Of a DNA stretch of 64,000 nucleotides, positions 9,373 through 16,975 are shown piece by piece. Within the stretch, counting starts at the first letter, position 1; every line of letters starts with the position of its first letter. A model generated the notes under the pieces. That model was not told where the DNA came from. It made no database searches and worked only from the letters and a program-made list of their open reading frames with translations. The position numbers and the translations under genes were made by a program. The stretch is from Gammaproteobacteria bacterium (GTDB lineage Bacteria; Pseudomonadota; Gammaproteobacteria; CBDBNL01; JAAOII01), in NCBI GenBank assembly GCA_965209035.1, contig OZ242372.1:1952001-2016000 (forward strand), in the 5' to 3' direction.

Positions 9373-11354
9373 AAGGGGGGCAATAAAATTTCTACTGTTG
9401 TAGATATTATTCTGATCGCAGTGTTGCCGCCGTGTCAAGGGGGGCAATAAAATTTCTACTGTTGTAGATATACGCGTGTTTCAATATGCCATTCGCGTCA
9501 AGGGGGGCAATAAAATTTCTACTGTTGTAGATTTGCGAACAAAGTTTGGTAGATGTGAGTCAAGGGGGGCAATAAAATTTCTACTGTTGTAGATTTGGGG
9601 TGTCCGTCCCCGAAAAGTGATGTCAAGGGGGGCAATAAAATTTCTACTGTTGTAGATTTATCTAAACTTTCTTTCTTTGTCATTGTCAAGGGGGGCAATA
9701 AAATTTCTACTGTTGTAGATATTTTCGTTCATTCCTTCGTTTATAAGTCAAGGGGGGCAATAAAATTTCTACTGTTGTAGATTCTAATCCGCCGAACAAG
9801 TTCACTGCGTCAAGGGGGGCAATAAAATTTCTACTGTTGTAGATCTATACACCGAACTCCGCCACAATTAAGTCAAGGGGGGCAATAAAATTTCTACTGT
9901 TGTAGATGCGTTGCTTATTATCCATTTTCTTTTTGTCAAGGGGGGCAATAAAATTTCTACTGTTGTAGATGCGTTGCTTATTATCCATTTTCTTTTTGTC
10001 AAGGGGGGCAATAAAATTTCTACTGTTGTAGATGCGTTGCTTATTATCCATTTTCTTTTTGTCAAGGGGGGCAATAAAATTTCTACTGTTGTAGATGCGT
10101 TGCTTATTATCCATTTTCTTTTTGTCAAGGGGGGCAATAAAATTTCTACTGTTGTAGATTTGAATTCTTTTATGAAGGATAGATTTGTCAAGGGGGGCAA
10201 TAAAATTTCTACTGTTGTAGATTAATTGTTTAAATTCAACAACTACTTGGTCAAGGGGGGCAATAAAATTTCTACTGTTGTAGATTTAATGAAGTCCGCG
10301 AAGTGTGTGAGTCAAGGGGGGCAATAAAATTTCTACTGTTGTAGATTAAGTTTAGTTCCATTCACATTATCCAGTCAAGGGGGGCAATAAAATTTCTACT
10401 GTTGTAGATAGTTGATTATCGGCTGCGAATTTCTCGTCAAGGGGGGCAATAAAATTTCTACTGTTGTAGATGTTCATATTTTCGTTTCGTTCATATGTCA
10501 AGGGGGGCAATAAAATTTCTACTGTTGTAGATGTTCATATTTTCGTTTCGTTCATATGTCAAGGGGGGCAATAAAATTTCTACTGTTGTAGATGTTCATA
10601 TTTTCGTTTCGTTCATATGTCAAGGGGGGCAATAAAATTTCTACTGTTGTAGATAATTGTTAGTTTTAATGTCATTTTTCTGTCAAGGGGGGCAATAAAA
10701 TTTCTACTGTTGTAGATACAAGTCCATTTTTGGACGGTTATTTAGTCAAGGGGGGCAATAAAATTTCTACTGTTGTAGATATGTATTGCGTTCATTCTTG
10801 GGGTATGTCAAGGGGGGCAATAAAATTTCTACTGTTGTAGATGGTGTTCTGCGGGTTTTCGCTCTGCGTGTCAAGGGGGGCAATAAAATTTCTACTGTTG
10901 TAGATCGCTCCGTGAAGTCCAGACACAGCGGCGTCAAGGGGGCAATAAAATTTCTACTGTTGTAGATGTATAATACCCGGAAAGTATGCTAATGTCAAGG
11001 GGGGCAATAAAATTTCTACTGTTGTAGATAATAAACTTTATAATACGGTAATTCCGTCAAGGGGGGCAATAAAATTTCTACTATCGTAGATTCGCTCATC
11101 GTTTTTGTTCCTGCTTCGTCAAAGGGGGATGTAAAATTTCTACTATCGTAGATATATAATAAATGTATTAACACCGCTTTGTCAAAGGGGGATGTAAAAT
11201 TTCTACTGTTGTAGATTCGTGTTTGGCGATCACCGCACACTGGTCAAGGGGGGCAATAAAATTTCTACTGTTGTAGATATAATTGTTGTGTGAGTGCCGA
11301 AACAGTTATTAAAGGAGGTTATAAAATTTCTACTATGGTAGATATCGATCTGCT

Positions 11355-11436
11355 CCCGTCCGACAAAACTTCCGGCTCTTTGATTTGAGAACACACAATA
11401 CCAAACCAGAGTCCACAACCTTTCTGATATTATTTA
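11355..11436 (-). mobile_element. Decayed terminal fragment of the same IS481-like element
   Basis: Aligns by eye to 9290-9372 with about 14 mismatches and one gap over ~83 nt. Confidence 0.85.
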
Positions 11437-11765
11437 CCTGACTGAAAAAAGAGGCGGGTAAGGTGCGAGGATCGTGAAGAGTAACGTGCTGGATTATAAT
11501 CTGGCACTCAAAAAAGGGGGAAGTCAAATGCAGGGTTAAGCAATTTTCAACCCCCGCATTTATTATAACCTGAACGGAAAAGTGTGGGGGTTAAAAAGAA
11601 TAACGCAAATGATATTGGAATAAATAACTTTGAATTGATATGATCCCACTCGCGGAAAGCATAAAAATCGGACACTTCCGGAATGTGTGACCCGCCTGCA
11701 ATTCGCTGTCCTATCCCGCCCGACTGGGTATCTGTGATTAAGTTTGGTGTATCATTTTATCTGTT

Positions 11766-11832
11766 GTCCAAGCGGGCAAATTAAATTTCTACTGTTGTAG
11801 ATATGATTATAAATTCAAAGGGGGCTGTAAAA
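11766..11832 (+). ncRNA. Solitary repeat / mini-array, putative crRNA-like RNA
   Basis: GTCCAAGCGGGCAAATT + perfect AAATTTCTACTGTTGTAGAT (11766-11802), ~11-nt spacer ATGATTATAAA, then a repeat 5'-half TTCAAAGGGGGCTGTAAAA. Lies 420 bp beyond the array. Transcription is not shown by the sequence. Confidence 0.7.
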
Positions 11833-11938
11833 CCCCTATCATAACAGGCACTCTCAACCTCCTCTCTCCTTCTTACCCTCTCCCTTCCTCGCCGTAGGTA
11901 CATTACCGGAATACTTACAAAGATCAACCTCAACCTCC

Positions 11939-12778
11939 TTACTCCCCTCCCCCAATAAACTCGCTCGCCACCCGGATGGCATCCAGGTTGGGGGCGACAT
12001 CATGCACCCTCAGCATCCATGCCCCTTGGCGGACGGCGAGGGCGGATGCGGCGATTGTGGCGGCCAGTCGTTCGTCGGTTGCTCTGCCGGTGATTTTACC
12101 CAAAAAGGATTTGCGGGACAGACCCACAAGCAGGGGGACACCCAATTCTTTGAACTGCGGCAGCTGTGTCATCAGGGCTTGGTTGTGTGCGTAGGTTTTG
12201 CCGAAGCCGAAGCCGGGGTCTGCCAGGATCTGTTGAATGCCGGCTTCTCGGCAGGCGGTGATGCGTTGGCGCAGAAAGTCGGCAATTTCCCGCACAGGGT
12301 TTTGGTAGTGCGGGTTTTCCTGCATGGTCGGGGGTTCGCCCCGCATGTGCATCAGGCATACGGCCATCTTGTGTCTTGCCGCTGTTTCTATTGCGCCGGT
12401 GCGTCTCAGGGCGCGGATATCATTAATCATCACCGCACCGGCACGGGCGGCCAGGTCCATCAGTCGGGGGTTGCTTGTGTCCACGGACAGGGGGATGTCC
12501 AGTTCGGTGCGGATAGTTTCCACCGCGCCGATGACCCTGTCAATTTCTTCCTGCGGGCTTGGCGGTGTGGATCCCGGTCTGGTGGATTCGCCGCCCAGGT
12601 CCAGCACACCGGCGCCTTCTTTGTGCATTTGCGCCGCAAGTTTTAGGATGTCCTTGCCGGCCGGCCCCGGGCGACTGCCGGCGTAAAACGAATCCGGCGT
12701 CAGATTGATGACGCCCATGATCTGCGGATGTTTTAGGGAGAGTTTGTATTTCCCTAATGAGAATTCTTCCTCTTGCAT
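11939..12778 (-). CDS. folP: Dihydropteroate synthase
   Basis: MGVINLTPDSF, DLGGESTRPG, DPGFGFGK, SRKS, RVHDV. Confidence 0.97.
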   Translation of the reverse strand: MQEEEFSLGKYKLSLKHPQIMGVINLTPDSFYAGSRPGPAGKDILKLAAQMHKEGAGVLDLGGESTRPGSTPPSPQEEIDRVIGAVETIRTELDIPLSVDTSNPRLMDLAARAGAVMINDIRALRRTGAIETAARHKMAVCLMHMRGEPPTMQENPHYQNPVREIADFLRQRITACREAGIQQILADPGFGFGKTYAHNQALMTQLPQFKELGVPLLVGLSRKSFLGKITGRATDERLAATIAASALAVRQGAWMLRVHDVAPNLDAIRVASEFIGGGE

Positions 12779-13067
12779 GTTTTGCGATAAGAAAGAATCT
12801 ATGTCGGCTGTCCGCCTATGCGGCCGTGCGGCGGCTGTCCGTTGCGGCGGGTGCCTTGATGCGTTTTGTGATGCATAACAATTATTTTGAATAGGCGGGA
12901 GATGAAATGAGGAATAAGGAATGAGGAGTGATAAATGAGGAGTGATAAATGAGAAATAATGTCGGCAGAAGTCTTGCGAGTGGAGGCGATATGTTAACGG
13001 TTTGGGGGCAATGCGCGAATGCGGTTTTTAGGACAGAATATATGTTTGCGGCCTGCCTGTCAAAACT

Positions 13068-14336
13068 TTAACCGGCGGCGCGCAGGAAGACTTGCTTGAT
13101 GTCGGCGGCGGGAAGCGGTTCGGCGACGTAGGCCTCGCCAATATGGCGGAGGAGGATCAGCCGAATGCGGGCGTCGCAGTTCTTTTTGTCGCGCAGCATG
13201 AATTTAATGAGCGTGTCGACATTTGCCCCTTCGGGCAGATCGGTTGGCAGTCCCGCCTGGGTTAGTAATGCGCGAATACGCCGTTCTTCTGCGCTTGTCA
13301 GGTGTCCAATACTGCGGGAGACACTCGCCGCCAAACAGATGCCGATGCTCACTGCTTGCCCGTGGCGGATGCCGGTGTATTCGGCGGCCGCTTCCAGTGC
13401 GTGTCCGAAGGTGTGACCCAGATTGAGGAGCATCCGCTTGGGTTGGCTTTGCATGCGTTCGCGTTCGTCCGCGGAGACGATAGTCGCTTTGACAGAGCAG
13501 GACCTGTGCAGAATTTCGGCAAGCATGTTCTCATCCGGCAAGGCGGGGACTTTAATAGCCGCGGCCGCGTCCCCGTCCGCGGTCGTCTCAGACGGAGAGA
13601 CACCGGTTGCACTCGACCGTGATCTCTCCGGCAAGGAGGAATCTTCGACGGAAGATGTCCCATTCGAGGCCGCGCCCCCGTCCGCCGCGGTACCCACACT
13701 TGCACCCGGCAGATGCGTTTCCAGAAAGGCGAATAGTTCTTTGTCGGCGATCAGGGCGTGCTTGATGATTTCCGCGTAGCCGCCGGCGATTTCCGGGCGG
13801 GGCAGAGTGCCGAGCAGGGAAGTGGCAATTAAAACGCATTCGGGATGGTGAAAGCAGCCAACCAGATTTTTACCTTCCGGCAGGTTAATCCCCGTCTTGC
13901 CACCGAGGGCGGCGTCCGTTTGGGCGAGCAGACTGGTGGGGACGGACACATAGCGGATACCGCGCATGTAGCAGACGGCAACAAAGCCGACCAGGTCGGT
14001 GATGACACCGCCGCCGTATGCGATTAGCCGCGAGGAGCGGTTGAGTCCCTTTTGGGAGAGTTGTCGCCACAGGGAATGCGCCGTGTCAATCCGCTTGGCG
14101 GACTCGCCGTCCGGCACCGTCAAAACATCCGCTTCGGCGGCGAATGTCGTTTGCAGAAGCCGTATTTCTTGCCGGTGTATTTGGGCGAGGGTTGCGTTGG
14201 TGACGATGAGTGTCTTAACTCCGGTGTCGGCGGGTTCCCGCAAGTGATCCGGCAGCGAGTCAAGGGCGTCTTTTAATGTGGGGGCGATGTGGATCGGGCA
14301 AGTGCCGAGAAGGTGTTTAATGTTGATCTTATGCAT
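13068..14336 (-). CDS. aroB: 3-dehydroquinate synthase with ~50-aa low-complexity insertion
   Basis: GGGVITDL, PTSLLAQTDAALGGKTGIN, LNLGHTFGHALE, HGQAV, DKK. Confidence 0.95.
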   Translation of the reverse strand: MHKINIKHLLGTCPIHIAPTLKDALDSLPDHLREPADTGVKTLIVTNATLAQIHRQEIRLLQTTFAAEADVLTVPDGESAKRIDTAHSLWRQLSQKGLNRSSRLIAYGGGVITDLVGFVAVCYMRGIRYVSVPTSLLAQTDAALGGKTGINLPEGKNLVGCFHHPECVLIATSLLGTLPRPEIAGGYAEIIKHALIADKELFAFLETHLPGASVGTAADGGAASNGTSSVEDSSLPERSRSSATGVSPSETTADGDAAAAIKVPALPDENMLAEILHRSCSVKATIVSADERERMQSQPKRMLLNLGHTFGHALEAAAEYTGIRHGQAVSIGICLAASVSRSIGHLTSAEERRIRALLTQAGLPTDLPEGANVDTLIKFMLRDKKNCDARIRLILLRHIGEAYVAEPLPAADIKQVFLRAAG

Positions 14337-14365
14337 AACGGCGAGTTCTCTTATATTTTACCGAA

Positions 14366-15313
14366 ATGCGCTCTTGCGATAGGTTAACTAATAGGCATAA
14401 AATAACAGAAATGTGGATGAACTGCTTTCGCGAACAGGTATGTTATAGTCGGCGACTGATCGGCATGGGGCTTCTTGGCTTGGTGTTGCAGGGGTTTTTG
14501 ATCGGCTCGGCTTGGGGGCGGGAAACCGCGGAGCGCAATCCGGATCCCTATGAGGCGAGCAATCGGCGGGTGGAAGTGTTTAATGATTTTTTGGACAGGA
14601 CACTTTTGCTGCCCGGTGCCAAGGCCTACAACTTTGTGACGCCGGGTTTTGCCCAAACGGGGACGCGTAATTTTTTGAATAACCTGGGCGAGCCCTATAC
14701 GATGTTTAACAATGTCCTTCAGTTGAAACTGGTGGATGCTTATAAGAATGTGGCGCGTTTTGGCATTAATTCTGTACTGGGTCTTTTCGGCTTGGTGGAT
14801 GTTGCCGCCTACATTGGGCTGGAACGCCGGTCGGAGGATTTTGGGCAAACGCTGGGAACATGGGGTGTGGGACCGGGGCGCTACTTGGTGATTCCGTTTT
14901 TGGGACCCAGCACCGAACGCGACATTGTTCCCCGCATCGGCGAGTTCTTTTATTCGCCGAACACCCGGTATCTCACTTTTACCTTGGAGCAGAGTATCGC
15001 GCTGACCACTGTGAATATTTTGGACACTCGTAACAGGCTGCGCTCTTTGGAGGCGATCATTGTCGGCGACAGGTACACCTTTATTCGGGATGCCTATTTG
15101 CAAAATCGCCGCTATCAGGTGTTTGATGGTCAGTTACCAACGGATGACATCTGGTTGTATCGGGAGGAGAGCGATGACGAACTAGATGCGCTGGACGAGT
15201 TGGATGAATTGGATGCATTGGACGAATTGGATGCGTTGGACGAATTGGATATCCCGGATCAACCGGAGGACACCCCGGAACCGGCAGACGAGGGGGAGGA
15301 ATTGACTCCTTAA
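14366..15313 (+). CDS. mlaA: MlaA/VacJ family lipid asymmetry protein with acidic repeat tail (true start may be 14465)
   Basis: DPYEASNR, NFLNNLGEP, RFGINS, EDFGQTLGTWGVGPGRYLVIPFLGPST, YTFIRDAYLQNR. Confidence 0.9.
   Translation: MRSCDRLTNRHKITEMWMNCFREQVCYSRRLIGMGLLGLVLQGFLIGSAWGRETAERNPDPYEASNRRVEVFNDFLDRTLLLPGAKAYNFVTPGFAQTGTRNFLNNLGEPYTMFNNVLQLKLVDAYKNVARFGINSVLGLFGLVDVAAYIGLERRSEDFGQTLGTWGVGPGRYLVIPFLGPSTERDIVPRIGEFFYSPNTRYLTFTLEQSIALTTVNILDTRNRLRSLEAIIVGDRYTFIRDAYLQNRRYQVFDGQLPTDDIWLYREESDDELDALDELDELDALDELDALDELDIPDQPEDTPEPADEGEELTP
15175..15252 (+). repeat. In-frame 9/18-bp tandem repeat encoding (DELDAL)n
   Basis: gacgaacta gatgcgctg gacgagttg gatgaattg gatgcattg gacgaattg gatgcgttg gacgaattg. 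Confidence 0.9.
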
Positions 15314-15631
15314 CTTCGTGATTACAAATGCCGCCGCGGGCAAGGATCCGATGCGGCAATTCGACACGGCAAGCATCAACATTTTTCCTGTTTGACGAAC
15401 TCTTTGCGGGCGACGGCAATTCGCATGGCAATTCGATGCGGCAAGGGGACCCGCCCGCCGGGTATTACCGGCAGATCCCGGGCAAGGGCAAATGCAAGCA
15501 CAAGTGTTTGGTTGCGAGCTCACCGGTTTTGAGAAGGCGGGGGCAGTGGCGGCTTCCTATAATGTCTTTAATGATATCCAAACATTTAATGGTAATCGCT
15601 AATATTTAACCTATGAAAGGAGGATCAACAA

Positions 15632-16975
15632 ATGAATAAAAAGTATTTTGGAACGGACGGTATCAGGGGCAAGGTGGGAAATGATCGCATTAATCCGCAA
15701 TTTTTCTTAAAGTTAGGCTGGGCGATTGGCCGTGTGTTCAAAAAAGAGGACCGGCATGCCAGAGTGGTCATCGGCAAGGATACGCGCATTTCCGGCTATA
15801 TGTTTGAGTCGGTGCTGCAGGCGGGGCTGGCGGCGGCGGGCACGGACATCATTTTGTTGGGGCCTATGCCAACCCCGGCAATCGCCTACTTAACCAGAAC
15901 TTTCAATGCGGATGTGGGCGTGGTGATTAGCGCTTCGCATAATTCGTATCTGGATAACGGGATTAAGTTTTTCTCCGAAGCTGGCACCAAACTGGACGAT
16001 GAGTTGGAGGTGCGCATAGAAGAGCAGTTGGATCAAGAAATGGATCTGGTGGAGGCGTCGGATCTGGGAAAGGCGGCGCGCGTGATGGATGTGCGCGGAC
16101 GATATATTGAATTCTGCAAAAGCACCGTGGCACGCGATACGGACATCAGTGATTTTAATTTGGTGTTGGATTGTGCCAACGGCGCCACCTATAGCATCGC
16201 CCCCAAAGTCTTTTCCGAATTAGGCACTAAAATCAAAGTGATTAACGCCACACCGGACGGGATTAATATCAACTATCGGGGGGGTAGCACAGACCCGGCT
16301 ATTTTGTGCGAGGAAACTGTCAAACAGAAGGCGGATATGGGGATTGCGTTTGACGGCGACGGCGACAGGGTGATTCTTTGCGATAGGCACGGGAAGATTG
16401 TGGACGGAGATGTGATTCTTTATATTCTGGCAAAATATATGAAAGCGAGGGGGCTGTTGCGGGGAGATGTTGTGGGGACTGTGATGTCCAATTCCGGTAT
16501 GGAGAGGTCCTTGCAAAAACTCGGTGTGAAACTGCGGCGGGTTGCGGTTGGCGACCGCCATATTATTGCCGAACTTCTTGAAAAAAATGCGGGTAACCTC
16601 GGCGGTGAGTCATCCGGGCATATCGTGTTCACCGGGTACACGACCACAGGCGACGGCATCATTGCGGCCCTGCAGGTTTTGGCTGCGCTCAAGTATTGCA
16701 AAGTTTCTTTGTCGGCGATGATTGCGGAGGCAAACTTGATTCCGGCCGTCCATGCAAATATTCGGGTGAAGAATCCGCATCTTGTGGCGGAGTCTGCCGG
16801 TATTAAGAAAGTTCGAACCGAGATGGAAAGTCGTATGAACGGAGAATGCAGAATCATTGTGCGGGCTTCCGGCACCGAGCCGTTGCTGCGCATGACGGTG
16901 GAAACCGAAGACGCGACCTTGCGGCGGGATGCGATGGCTGCTTTGAAGGCGGCGGCGGAGCGGGCAAATGGCTGA
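15632..16975 (+). CDS. glmM: Phosphoglucosamine mutase
   Basis: YFGTDGIRG, ISASHN, FDGDGDR, RASGTEPL; strong SD AAGGAGG upstream. Confidence 0.97.
   Translation: MNKKYFGTDGIRGKVGNDRINPQFFLKLGWAIGRVFKKEDRHARVVIGKDTRISGYMFESVLQAGLAAAGTDIILLGPMPTPAIAYLTRTFNADVGVVISASHNSYLDNGIKFFSEAGTKLDDELEVRIEEQLDQEMDLVEASDLGKAARVMDVRGRYIEFCKSTVARDTDISDFNLVLDCANGATYSIAPKVFSELGTKIKVINATPDGININYRGGSTDPAILCEETVKQKADMGIAFDGDGDRVILCDRHGKIVDGDVILYILAKYMKARGLLRGDVVGTVMSNSGMERSLQKLGVKLRRVAVGDRHIIAELLEKNAGNLGGESSGHIVFTGYTTTGDGIIAALQVLAALKYCKVSLSAMIAEANLIPAVHANIRVKNPHLVAESAGIKKVRTEMESRMNGECRIIVRASGTEPLLRMTVETEDATLRRDAMAALKAAAERANG

Larger units (their letters stand above)
4423..11343 (+). CRISPR. Type V-A CRISPR array, ~90 repeats / ~89 spacers (mostly 25-29 nt), interrupted by an IS
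   Basis: Repeat GTCAAGGGGGGCAATAAAATTTCTACTGTTGTAGAT ends in the canonical Cas12a handle AATTTCTAC-TGTT-GTAGAT. Repeat 59 is split by the IS at 8074-9372. Variant repeats at 11056-11216; degenerate terminal repeat at 11308-11343. Confidence 0.99.

Noticed and set aside
4459-11307. Self-targeting spacers
   Set aside because: Only 10-11-nt matches were seen by eye (e.g. CAGTTTGCCGT near 31044), which is chance level. An exhaustive search was not possible.
5070-11418. Short ORFs within the CRISPR array
   Set aside because: They are translations of repeat-spacer units.
11540-11565. tracrRNA anti-repeat
   Set aside because: Only weak complementarity to the G-run half of the repeat, and Cas12a is tracrRNA-independent.
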